64,000 nucleotides of DNA from Holosporales bacterium. GTDB lineage: Bacteria; Pseudomonadota; Alphaproteobacteria; RUG11792. Shown piece after piece: positions 1 through 8,882 of the stretch. The position numbers and the translations under genes are program-made. The first letter of the stretch is position 1; each line of letters starts with the position of its first letter. Location of the stretch: NCBI GenBank assembly GCA_031258785.1, contig JAIRMJ010000014.1, forward strand, positions 8,759 through 72,758. The letters are read 5' to 3'. The notes beneath the pieces are model-generated. The model was not told where the DNA came from and did not search any database. It saw nothing but the letters and a program-made list of their open reading frames with translations.

Positions 1-1402
1 TGCTTGTTCCGTCTATAGATGCCTTCTTTGCTGTTCCATAACATACGGCAGAGCGCATTAGTTCCCGTACAATGGCTGATGTCTCACTGGAGACTAGCCT
101 TATTTGGTCATTAGCTCTGGGATGCCGCCTGTTTATGACGGTCGGGACTATTCTCACGCCTCCATTAATTATGGACGTCACCGTCGCGAGTAGCTGCAGT
201 GGGCTGACCGCCAATCCATACCCGTATGCGACGGACATCGTAGTCGCTTCAGTCCAGTGCGCTGGAATCAGAGGACGTCCCACCTCTGGTATTTCTATTT
301 GCGGTTTATCCAGCATCCCGAATTTCTTCATGTATGCTTTTTGCACGCTTGCGCCAAACGCCTGGGCAATCTTGGCAGACGCGATGTTCGACGAGAACAC
401 AAAGGCTTCAGCCAAGGTGAGAGGGCGTTTCTTCCCGCGGAAATCATTAATAAGATACTTTCCAATCTTAATTGGCTCGGTTGCGTCAAAGACAGTTCCG
501 AGGCTAGCGGCTCCAGAATCAATTGCTATTGCAACGTTTAATATTTTCAGGATTGAGCCTTGCTCAAACACACCGAGAGTGTTCCTATTAAACATTGCAT
601 CACTTGTCGTGCTCTTCAGATTATTGGGGTTGAAGTCAGGAAGCGAGACGATTGCGATGAGTTCGCCATTCGTTGTCATTAGCATAGCATTACCGCCAGC
701 TGCTCCAAATTTCTTTACTGCGCGTTCAAGCTCTTCGTGTACGATCGCCTGCATTCTCAGGTCCAGAGTCGTGACGAGCTTCCTTTTATCTGTCGCATCC
801 TTGATGAACAGCTGTTTCGAAAATTTCCTTTCGAGGCCATATATGCCTTCCCCGTCGATATCGCTACAGCCAATGACATGCGAAAATAAATTCTTGTGTA
901 TGTATATTCTTTTGTAGTCCTTCAGCATGTGTACCCCAGGGATTCCGAGGTCCATAATCTGGGTCCGCAGCTGCGGTGTAATGTGGCGTGCCAACCAAAC
1001 GAAATGTTTTTTTCTGTTTGATAGTTTTTGTTTTATCCTGTCGATTCCAGGCATGCCAGGTATTTCATTCAGCTTGGCTGCTGCCTCGTCGATGTCTATC
1101 ACTACGGATGGATCTGCGTAACATGACGCGGTTGTGATACTTGTGGCAAGCAGCTCTCCATTTCTGTCCACTATATCGGCCTTCTGAATGATTCCAGGAC
1201 TTGTCCAATTTTTCGATCTGCAGTCTATAAATTGGCTCAACACCATAACATCTGCCAGTCTGTATGATATCCCGGAAAAAATCAGAACGGCGCAGACACC
1301 GGCAAATAGGAGACGGTTTCTCAGTGCTTCGATCAGAGTGGAGTGACTCTTTGCTCTTCGCCACAAAGCGAATCCGTCAAATAAGGATCTAAACAGTCTC
1401 AT
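1..1402 (-). CDS. ftsI: Class B penicillin-binding protein / peptidoglycan D,D-transpeptidase (FtsI-like); 3' end cut by the window edge
   Basis: Absent from the ORF track because its stop lies left of position 1. Manual minus-strand translation from ATG at 1402 gives MRLFRSLFDGFALWRRAK. In-phase segments read IMDLGIPGVHMLKDYKRIY (about 900-958) and PRANDQIRLVSSETSAIVRELMRSAVCYGTAKKASIDGTS (2-121). Positions 1402, 958 and 121 are all in the same phase. I did not translate every codon in between. It sits directly after rsmH-ftsL, as in dcw clusters. Confidence 0.75.
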   Translation of the reverse strand, partial: MRLFRSLFDGFALWRRAKSHSTLIEALRNRLLFAGVCAVLIFSGISYRLADVMVLSQFIDCRSKNWTSPGIIQKADIVDRNGELLATSITTASCYADPSVVIDIDEAAAKLNEIPGMPGIDRIKQKLSNRKKHFVWLARHITPQLRTQIMDLGIPGVHMLKDYKRIYIHKNLFSHVIGCSDIDGEGIYGLERKFSKQLFIKDATDKRKLVTTLDLRMQAIVHEELERAVKKFGAAGGNAMLMTTNGELIAIVSLPDFNPNNLKSTTSDAMFNRNTLGVFEQGSILKILNVAIAIDSGAASLGTVFDATEPIKIGKYLINDFRGKKRPLTLAEAFVFSSNIASAKIAQAFGASVQKAYMKKFGMLDKPQIEIPEVGRPLIPAHWTEATTMSVAYGYGLAVSPLQLLATVTSIINGGVRIVPTVINRRHPRANDQIRLVSSETSAIVRELMRSAVCYGTAKKASIDGTS

Positions 1403-1426
1403 CAACGTACTTGTCAATCTCCTAGC

Positions 1427-1825
1427 TCACCTTTCTTCAAGGACATCTTTTGCTTTTGCCACGCCGTTTAGAAATGCCACAAAAGCTTTGTTGTGTCCTT
1501 CCTGAGTTCTGTTGCAGTCCTCTTGGAAGTGGCTCTGCGTGAATTGCTCATAGCTGATTAGCTGGTTATTCTCCAAGGGCTTTAGATTTTTCAGGTATTT
1601 TCCGCATAGAGCCTTTAGTCGTTGGGGCGTGTTCAGATAGCTCCACTCTGCAGAGTATATCTTGATGTCATCTGAGCATTTCTCCATCTCTTTGTTGATG
1701 CCTTCAAGACTTTTGCGCAGGAAGACAACTTCATACTTCACCCTTGAAACGCAAATTCCAACCAAGATGAGAACAAACAACGATACTACAATTGCTTTAT
1801 TCACTTCTCTGTATCCCTTCCCCAA
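1427..1825 (-). CDS. ftsL: Cell division protein FtsL-like (single TM plus coiled coil)
   Basis: 132 aa with an N-terminal TM (AIVVSLFVLILVGICV) followed by a helical region. It lies between rsmH and ftsI and overlaps the rsmH 3' end by 29 nt. Confidence 0.6.
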   Translation of the reverse strand: MGKGYREVNKAIVVSLFVLILVGICVSRVKYEVVFLRKSLEGINKEMEKCSDDIKIYSAEWSYLNTPQRLKALCGKYLKNLKPLENNQLISYEQFTQSHFQEDCNRTQEGHNKAFVAFLNGVAKAKDVLEER

Positions 1826-2717
1826 CAGATCTTACCCTAGCATCGTCAGTATACACAAAACCCCTCAGTATCGCAGACCTGGCGCGTGGATTTGTAGCAA
1901 TTTCCTGTCTTGACGGCCTAATAACTGTCTTATTTATCGGCGTGATACAAACTTTCATTGACTTCGCCCAACATTTGATAATCCTCCCTTCCAGCCCTTG
2001 GAACGTGATTGTGATAATTCGCGCATTATTGTTGATGATATGCACGACATTTTCTAGGGCTCTGTTTAATTCTAACAGTTCACAATTCACGAGATTTCTG
2101 ATAGCTTGAAAGGTTTTTGTTGCCGCATCTGTCCTTGAATTTTTTCGCTGCCCAGGTGGGAGCTTGTAGACACTTCTAACGATGTCAGCAAGTTCCCATG
2201 TCGTCTCTATCGGCTTTTTGACGCGTGCTTCATCGATTGCTCTTGCTATTCTGCTAGCCTTCGGATCATCGCCAAAATAATCGATAACGGTCGAAAGTTC
2301 CTTCCTAGATATCCCGTTTACTATATCGTATGCCGATTCACCTTCCATAGACATTCTCATATCTAATTTTGCGCAATGCATAAACGAGAATCCCCTATCA
2401 GCATCGTCTAGCTGAAAAGACGATAGACCCAGATCGAACAGCACAACGTCGAACTTATCATGTTTTTCAACAAGCCTCCCTATTTCAGAGAATTTCATAT
2501 GCTCAAAATCAAACCTGGATTTAAATTGTTCCTTTATTATTTCAGCCCGTGCATTCGCATCTGGATCGCGGTCGATGCCAAGTACATAGCAATTAGTCTG
2601 GCGCAGTATCCCCGCAGTATGCCCACCGCCACCGAATGTGCAGTCAAGTACCCTTTCTCCCGGTCTGGGGGCCGCCATCTGTATGACTTCTTGCAATAGG
2701 ACAGGAACGTGTGGCAA
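1797..2717 (-). CDS. rsmH: 16S rRNA (cytosine1402-N4)-methyltransferase RsmH/MraW
   Basis: MPHVPVLLQEVI...LDCTFGGGGHT...DLGLSSFQLDD are canonical RsmH motifs. 306 aa. Confidence 0.95.
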   Translation of the reverse strand: MPHVPVLLQEVIQMAAPRPGERVLDCTFGGGGHTAGILRQTNCYVLGIDRDPDANARAEIIKEQFKSRFDFEHMKFSEIGRLVEKHDKFDVVLFDLGLSSFQLDDADRGFSFMHCAKLDMRMSMEGESAYDIVNGISRKELSTVIDYFGDDPKASRIARAIDEARVKKPIETTWELADIVRSVYKLPPGQRKNSRTDAATKTFQAIRNLVNCELLELNRALENVVHIINNNARIITITFQGLEGRIIKCWAKSMKVCITPINKTVIRPSRQEIATNPRARSAILRGFVYTDDARVRSVGEGIQRSE

Positions 2718-2987
2718 AGCTAAATACCTCAGAAACGTTACAGGCGCCAGTGTATTTCAAAATTACTTACTCTGCAATTGTTTATATTTCAGATTTTCAG
2801 ATGGGACTGAGATGCTGGTGTTCGTAAATGTAGCCTGAATTCCTATTTTAATGGGTGCGGCTTCCTCTGTCTTGAAGGCGGTTCTTTGTTTTATTAGCTT
2901 TATTCCACGCCTAATAAAATTATTGCCGCTCATGATGTTCTTTGCTTGCCTGGTTCGCGGCGATGCAGAGTGAGCCGCCACCCAGCG

Positions 2988-2999
2988 CCCCCCCCCCCC
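2988..2999. repeat. Homopolymeric C12 (G12 on the minus strand) tract in the intergenic region
   Basis: Counted directly: ...cccagcg + 12 C + ttgcc. It lies 53-64 nt downstream of the stop of the 3052-4881 gene and about 270 nt upstream of the rsmH start. Confidence 0.95.
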
Positions 3000-3051
3000 T
3001 TGCCAAGTCTTGGCTTCAGAGGTTGCTCTACGCCTGCCAAGCCCTAGCATC

Positions 3052-4881
3052 TCATTTTTTACTCTTCTGCTTTTCCGCTTGTTCCTGAGCCGCTTTCTCC
3101 AGAATATCCTCGTATTTCTTTTCGATCGTGAGCCCCATCACATCCAGGAATTTTAGGTAGTCGGCGGGGTAATGCTTTGTGCTGAGAACGGCAGTATCTA
3201 CATATAAGCCAAGATATGCCTTTGCCCAATCATTTATAGTCCTCATTAACAGTTCCGCTGTTATTTTTTCATCCGGACATTTAGTTCGGAGTTGCCCGTC
3301 CAGCAAGCCATTTGCTACCTGCGTTATCCATGTCTCATACTGCGCGCGCGCGGAGCTTGATGCCGCTTCTATGATTGCTGAAAGTCCCGACGGGAGGCTG
3401 ACTCTCATGAGAGCAAGCATCCTCTTCAGTACATTCAAATCTGGTTCGTTATTTTTGCCGAAGGGCATACTGAGCCCAGTTAGGTTGTTTAACTCACTTC
3501 CTAGATGTTTGGCGATCAAGAGGGGCTCCCGCGAACCGCTTATGATATTAATGATCTCTTCCTCATTATCGCTCAGTCGTTGTTGTATCTGCGCTCGTTC
3601 CTTCTCACGATCTAATTGATCTTGCTCTTCATCTGAGATTTCCTTTACGTCAAATCCGTAAGCTTGCCATTGATCTGTCAAGTTATCGAAGCCCCCGCGC
3701 TTCTTCGAAAGACCGTTCATAATAGAGTCCAAGACCCGGCCTATCGCTATTTCCGTTCTCGTCTCTTCGGTACAAGTGAAGAAATTGGGCTCGAAGAGTC
3801 CGTTCAATGTTGCGGTCGTGATTTTTTTCCTGAGCGGCATATGCTTGGCAAGCAAGATGTGGCTGATTATCAATGGTGATGGGACTAGGTCGGTTTTAGA
3901 GGCCTGAATCAGCGGAACCCAGTATTGCTTTCCTTCATATTCCAACCGTATCGGGATACCAGGCGTGAATCCGTACTTTGAAATAGCTCCATCATCCAAT
4001 TCTATCTTTTCTGTTTCTGTGTTTGACCCTGTAAACGCTTCTAGCTCTGTTTTTATGTTTCGCCCTCTTTCATATTTCTTGTAGTCACAGTAAAAAGGCA
4101 CCGCTTCGCCTGTTAGAATAAGGCCACTCCCCAGAGGAAGGCGCCTCCCCACCCCCCACAGACGCTGGACATCAAGGCATGTGAGGCCCACAAAGCCCCC
4201 CCCAGGTAGCTTAGGTAGATATTCCAACCCAATGTCCGTAGCTTCGCGAGTCCGTTTGCCTCCTGTAGCCCTCGACGAGATTTGCTCATCTATACCGAGT
4301 ATTCTATTATATGCTTCCAAGTCTGCTTCAGCTATTAGCAGTTGTTCCAAAAGCCATTCACCTTTGGCTTCTATCAATTTTTTAGCAGTTTGGTTATTGC
4401 TCTTTCTGACGGCAGCTGTTATCGCCTTGTACAGCATCTGCGCTGATCCAGTGATACAGCTTTTCTTAGTGCTTGGAAATCCGTGTTCTCCGCAGTGCGT
4501 ACAGTACTGCAGAAGAAAGTGGTTGAAATTCGCTCCGTTCCAGGTCAAGCAACCATTAAGAATTTGATCCATAGACTCCGGTATCAGTACCAGTAAGAAT
4601 ATCTCCTGCCTAATGTGATTTTGTATCTGGTAAATTTCACGTATCGCATCCTTGCTGGTGTCGCCAGATGCAAATACATGTTTTCCATCGAGGAATGTTT
4701 TGTCATCTTGACTTATACCTACTTTGTCTTTTCTGAGTTTTATGCTGTTCCTAAAGTCTTTCAGACTGATATAATCACCATCCATCTCATTTCTAGCAGC
4801 GTAGCTAGTAGTCATTTGCACCATCAGTACGATAGCTACTAAAATTCTCGTTATCATTTTCCAGGCACCATCTTGCATCAT
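3052..4881 (-). CDS. Secreted hypothetical protein; divergent member of the 610-655 aa family also found at 27807-31847
   Basis: 609-aa ORF. The signal peptide MITRILVAIVLMVQMTTSYAA suggests a possible real start at 4857. Its N-terminal module aligns with the two tandem paralogs. No known domain recognised. Confidence 0.7.
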   Translation of the reverse strand: MMQDGAWKMITRILVAIVLMVQMTTSYAARNEMDGDYISLKDFRNSIKLRKDKVGISQDDKTFLDGKHVFASGDTSKDAIREIYQIQNHIRQEIFLLVLIPESMDQILNGCLTWNGANFNHFLLQYCTHCGEHGFPSTKKSCITGSAQMLYKAITAAVRKSNNQTAKKLIEAKGEWLLEQLLIAEADLEAYNRILGIDEQISSRATGGKRTREATDIGLEYLPKLPGGGFVGLTCLDVQRLWGVGRRLPLGSGLILTGEAVPFYCDYKKYERGRNIKTELEAFTGSNTETEKIELDDGAISKYGFTPGIPIRLEYEGKQYWVPLIQASKTDLVPSPLIISHILLAKHMPLRKKITTATLNGLFEPNFFTCTEETRTEIAIGRVLDSIMNGLSKKRGGFDNLTDQWQAYGFDVKEISDEEQDQLDREKERAQIQQRLSDNEEEIINIISGSREPLLIAKHLGSELNNLTGLSMPFGKNNEPDLNVLKRMLALMRVSLPSGLSAIIEAASSSARAQYETWITQVANGLLDGQLRTKCPDEKITAELLMRTINDWAKAYLGLYVDTAVLSTKHYPADYLKFLDVMGLTIEKKYEDILEKAAQEQAEKQKSKK

Positions 4882-5232
4882 ATACTATGTCTATATTGTA
4901 GCTGCAATAGTAGTCAGTTGCAATGCCGTTATTATGGAGCTCGCATAAATTCATATAGATGAGAGACAAAGAACGGCAAAAAAACCAGCTTGGAAGCCGA
5001 TCGGATCGCCGACGCAAGTGTCCTTCCAATGTGTCAGCGGGTCATCAGTTACAAAAAGTAACTATGAGTACCTTCTTTGCAACGAACAAGCTTACTGCAG
5101 AAAAAATGTCTCTTTGCGTCTTTTTCATCATGTTCACATGTAAATGGTCTGTCATAGATCTACAGTGATGGATTGGACTCACGACTCTTCTCGCAACTGA
5201 CAATAACAACGTGCTATACAATACGGCATTGA

Positions 5233-6231
5233 GTGGAGCGTTCTGGGCAAGTAGCATTGAGCTTTGCAAACATTTCTGCAACTGCGGATGGGGCTTCGAG
5301 CATTTTCAACTACCCATTCTTCAAGTTGTTGCGGATGGCGCACGAGGTTCATGTGCAGAATTTCGATGAACAGTCTGTACAGATCAGTGACATCCTAAGC
5401 GTGAAGACTGGAGGGTGCTCCGAAGACTGCGCATACTGTGCCCAGTCTATTCGGAATGGGATTAAGCTTCCAAAGCAACCGCTACTGGACCTGGCAACTG
5501 TGATAAGTGCTGCTCGTAATGCCAAGAGACGCGGGGCGAGTCGGTTTTGCATGAGCGCCTCTGGGCGGTGCGTATCGTCTGATACAGAATTTGAGGCGAT
5601 ATGCGAGATGATAAGGTCAGTCAAGGCGCTTGGGTTGGAGACGTGCGCTACTCTCGGCCTTTTGACTGAATCTCAGATGGCAAGACTGAAGGAAGCCGGA
5701 CTGGATTACTATAACCACAATGTCGACACTTCACCTGAATTTTACCCAACCATAATTTCCACAAGGAGTATCGATGATCGCATAAGGACCATAGAGATCG
5801 CACAGAGAGCCGGGATTAACGTATGCTCTGGTGGAATCGTTGGTATGGGCGAAACAAACGAAGATAGGATTAAGATGCTGGTTCTGCTGGCTAATTTACC
5901 AACTCCTCCCAAATGCGTACCGATAAACAAATTGGTAAAAATTCCGGGAACCCGTGTTGATGATTCAAGCCAAATAGACGATTTTGATTTTGTTAGACTC
6001 ATTGCTTTGGCACGTATCTTGATGCCGAGGTCGTACGTAAAAATCGCGGCTGGAAGGAATACTCTGTCTGAGGCAATTCAGGCATTGTGCATATTTGCCG
6101 GTGCAAACGCGTTGTTTTTCAGTGAAAAACTGCTGACGGTTGACAATGTGGCTCCAGGAGTCGATAAAACTCTGTTTGACAAGCTGGACATTAAGGTGGA
6201 GTGCCCGAAGCTTATAGATACAACGAAATGA
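5233..6231 (+). CDS. bioB: Biotin synthase (radical SAM)
   Basis: CSEDCAYCAQS is the CxxxCxxC motif. The N-terminus aligns with E. coli BioB (PFFKLLRMAHEVHVQNFDEQSVQIS). GTG start at 5233. Confidence 0.93.
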   Translation: MERSGQVALSFANISATADGASSIFNYPFFKLLRMAHEVHVQNFDEQSVQISDILSVKTGGCSEDCAYCAQSIRNGIKLPKQPLLDLATVISAARNAKRRGASRFCMSASGRCVSSDTEFEAICEMIRSVKALGLETCATLGLLTESQMARLKEAGLDYYNHNVDTSPEFYPTIISTRSIDDRIRTIEIAQRAGINVCSGGIVGMGETNEDRIKMLVLLANLPTPPKCVPINKLVKIPGTRVDDSSQIDDFDFVRLIALARILMPRSYVKIAAGRNTLSEAIQALCIFAGANALFFSEKLLTVDNVAPGVDKTLFDKLDIKVECPKLIDTTK

Positions 6232-6232
6232 G

Positions 6233-7501
6233 GTGATCCAAATGAATTTGAAAAAAAGCGTAGCGGTAGTAAGCTTTGGGACTCTGTTGGAGTGGATGGA
6301 ATTTACGTTCTTTGCTTATATGGCGGACTTTCTGTCGCACTTGTTTTTCCCGGCGGATGATGCCACATTAGCGCGGCTGAAGATCTATGAGGTGTTTGCG
6401 GCCAGCTATATCATGCGTCCAATTGGGGCAATTATTTTTGGGCATATCGGTGACAAGTATGGACGCAAAACGCCGATGATAGTTTCGCTACTCTTGATGG
6501 CGATAGCTACCTGTGGAATAGGCGTATTGCCAACATATGATTCGATTGGCAGCATCTCATCCCTCTTTCTGATTATTTTTAGAATTATTCAAGGAGTTGC
6601 CGTTGGGGGAGAATTCAACGGAGCAGCTGTTTTGCTTACTGAGTACGACAAAAAGCGTCCATTTTTGGCCGGCTCTTGGGCTTCATTTGCATCAGCAGCT
6701 GGGATGGCCCTGGGTAGCTTAGCAGCTACCATTATATCCTACTGCAGTGGTGGCTTTATGTGGCGCATCCCGTTTCTGCTGAGTGCTCTCATTGCCTTGG
6801 CGGCAATATATCTACGCCGCGATATGAAGGAAACAGATGATTTTCGTAAGGCAAAGGAAAACGACGAACTATTTGAGGTCCCGATATCTGCTGCCTGGCG
6901 TCACAACAAAGCTGGCCTGGTTTGTACAGCTGCATTTTCTGTGTTTATTTCCGTCTTTGTTTACACTGGCAACATATATTTCAAGACGATGGCTGTAAGT
7001 GTCGGTGGGCTACCAGCCGAACAGGCTGCAACTGCAATAACAATTGGCGTAGTGCTTGTTACGGTTTTAATACCTGCATTTGCCTGTGTGGCGGACAGAA
7101 TGAATGGCTACAAGCTATGTTTTTCAGGGCTGCTCTTCGCATTGTTCCTGAGTCCACTGATAATGCACATGGCCGTAAGCGGTAGTTTCATTTATACATT
7201 GGTGGGGCAGTTGATATACTGCATCATAGATGCCATAGTTTCCGCTACAGCATTTACGATTCTGTTGAGACAATTTAAGACTGGCACTAAATATAGCGGC
7301 AGTAGCCTAGCATGGTCCGTCAGCGCAGCCATTTTCGGAGGAACAGCTTTAATGGTGAATGAGTTCTTGGTAAGTCACCTCAGGTGGGTTGGTGGCCCCG
7401 GATTATACATGTCACTCAGCGCCCTTGTCTGTCTCATCACGGTTGGTTATGTGTGTAGAGCAGATCGCGATAGACGTGCTGTATTATCGCCGCCACAGTA
7501 G
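6233..7501 (+). CDS. MFS transporter, metabolite:H+ symporter (ProP-like) family
   Basis: 422 aa and multi-TM. The motif GAIIFGHIGDKYGRKTPMIVSLLLMA is typical of the MHS/ProP family. It starts 2 nt after the bioB stop. Confidence 0.85.
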   Translation: MIQMNLKKSVAVVSFGTLLEWMEFTFFAYMADFLSHLFFPADDATLARLKIYEVFAASYIMRPIGAIIFGHIGDKYGRKTPMIVSLLLMAIATCGIGVLPTYDSIGSISSLFLIIFRIIQGVAVGGEFNGAAVLLTEYDKKRPFLAGSWASFASAAGMALGSLAATIISYCSGGFMWRIPFLLSALIALAAIYLRRDMKETDDFRKAKENDELFEVPISAAWRHNKAGLVCTAAFSVFISVFVYTGNIYFKTMAVSVGGLPAEQAATAITIGVVLVTVLIPAFACVADRMNGYKLCFSGLLFALFLSPLIMHMAVSGSFIYTLVGQLIYCIIDAIVSATAFTILLRQFKTGTKYSGSSLAWSVSAAIFGGTALMVNEFLVSHLRWVGGPGLYMSLSALVCLITVGYVCRADRDRRAVLSPPQ

Positions 7502-7717
7502 ATATTCCGCCGTAATCCTGGCTGCTCGCGTTTTCTTGTAAGCCTTAAGGCGAGGAGCACTACCTGGGTTTCACATATACCATGCGTAGGTGGCCCCTGC
7601 TACCGCTGTCTCATGCATTCTGTCCCAGCCACCAACATCTTTTGCGTATATTTCTTCATGGTCTGTTCGCCAGGTGTTTAGTTAATGACACCGCACTCAA
7701 TTTGTTTCTATCATTTC

Positions 7718-8017
7718 TTAGCGTGGATGGCATACTTTAAGTGCGAGTTGCAACATTGTTCCGAAACCTGTGGGGTTTCCAATGAACGAAATTTGAGTAA
7801 AGTTCCGACCTTTGCTATCGGCCTGAAATGAGTTGTTCTGATCCAAGAATAAACCTTGGAAGCTCGTAGATTTGTTGTTCCGGTTGAATGGGTTTGCAAA
7901 TGAACAATCATTTTCATATTGATCTGTTGCCAGACATGATCTAGACACTGCGACAATACCGACGACAGCGAGTGTGAGTACTAGTGCTGTCCAGCTATTG
8001 ATTCCGCTTATTGACAT
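7718..8017 (-). CDS. Small hypothetical protein with a signal peptide (possibly an OMP remnant)
   Basis: 99 aa with N-terminal MSISGINSWTALVLTLAVVGIVAVS. Weak RBS. It sits alone in an 820-bp gap between the MFS gene and grpE. Confidence 0.25.
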   Translation of the reverse strand: MSISGINSWTALVLTLAVVGIVAVSRSCLATDQYENDCSFANPFNRNNKSTSFQGLFLDQNNSFQADSKGRNFTQISFIGNPTGFGTMLQLALKVCHPR

Positions 8018-8341
8018 TTGTTTGTCTCGTACTAAGCTGTTAGCCGGTCATGCTGTACCAAAAAATGGTTAGATTGATGGAGTTACGGAGAGTCACAGGA
8101 CAGCTCGATATATTAACTATGCTATGGTCTTCTGGGGTCCATCCACATGGTACGTTTTATCATACTGGTGTGGTCGGTTTCCCTATTATTGCTATCGCTG
8201 GTAGCCCTTGGCATTATTGTTGGGGATACAAGGGATGTGGTACGTATTTGGGAACGCTGTCTTATGCACAGCGAATATTGATGTTAACATTCCGCCGCAT
8301 GTGGTACTATCCAGGATAGTTGTTTGGTTTTTGTTATTTTT

Positions 8342-8857
8342 ATGCAGGAAAAAGATAAGGATCTGAAACACGACGAGAACGAAGGCTCCAGCGACAGCGG
8401 AACATGTGACAAAGTCGAGCTTCTGAGGAAGCAAGTGGCTGATCTGGAGGACAGGTTGCTGCGCGCTCTTGCAGAGGCACAGAATGAGCAGAAGAGAGCC
8501 GATAAGGAAAAGGCCGAGATCGTGCGATACAGTATCACGGAGTTTGCACGTGATATGTTGACTGTAAGGGACAACCTGAAGTTCGCCATTAACAGCGGCA
8601 CTGATAACCACGATGCTTTGATGGGAGGGATAAGGCTAACATTATCAGAAATGGACAAGGTTCTCGGGCGCTATAAGGTGACTGAGATTGTAGCGCTCGA
8701 TGCGAAGTTCGATCCTCACCTACATCAGGCGATGATGGAGATAGAGGACAAAGAAAAGGAGCCTGGAACGATTGTGCAGGTCATGCAAGATGGCTTTACG
8801 ATCCATGAAAGACTGCTCCGCCCCGCCCTCGTGGGTGTCTCCAAAAAGTTACCTTAG
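8342..8857 (+). CDS. grpE: Nucleotide exchange factor GrpE
   Basis: LEDRLLRALAEAQNEQKRADKEK...FDPHLHQAMMEIEDKEKEPGTIVQVMQDGFTIHERLLRPALVGVSK. I prefer ATG at 8342 (MQEKDKDL) over the track start at 8324. Confidence 0.93.
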   Translation: MQEKDKDLKHDENEGSSDSGTCDKVELLRKQVADLEDRLLRALAEAQNEQKRADKEKAEIVRYSITEFARDMLTVRDNLKFAINSGTDNHDALMGGIRLTLSEMDKVLGRYKVTEIVALDAKFDPHLHQAMMEIEDKEKEPGTIVQVMQDGFTIHERLLRPALVGVSKKLP

Positions 8858-8882
8858 GCACATTCTTGATTGTCGGATACAG

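Noticed and set aside
72-917. 281-aa plus-strand ORF at the left edge
   Set aside because: It is antisense to the ftsI-like PBP gene, which I translated by hand on the minus strand. Its composition (Ser/Leu/Ala/Ile-rich, no motifs) is typical of a shadow ORF.
2763-3050. 95-aa ORF upstream of rsmH, considered as a possible mraZ
   Set aside because: It has no MraZ/AbrB-like sequence. It is Arg/Gly-rich because it reads through the G12 tract and has no RBS. I treat the region as intergenic.
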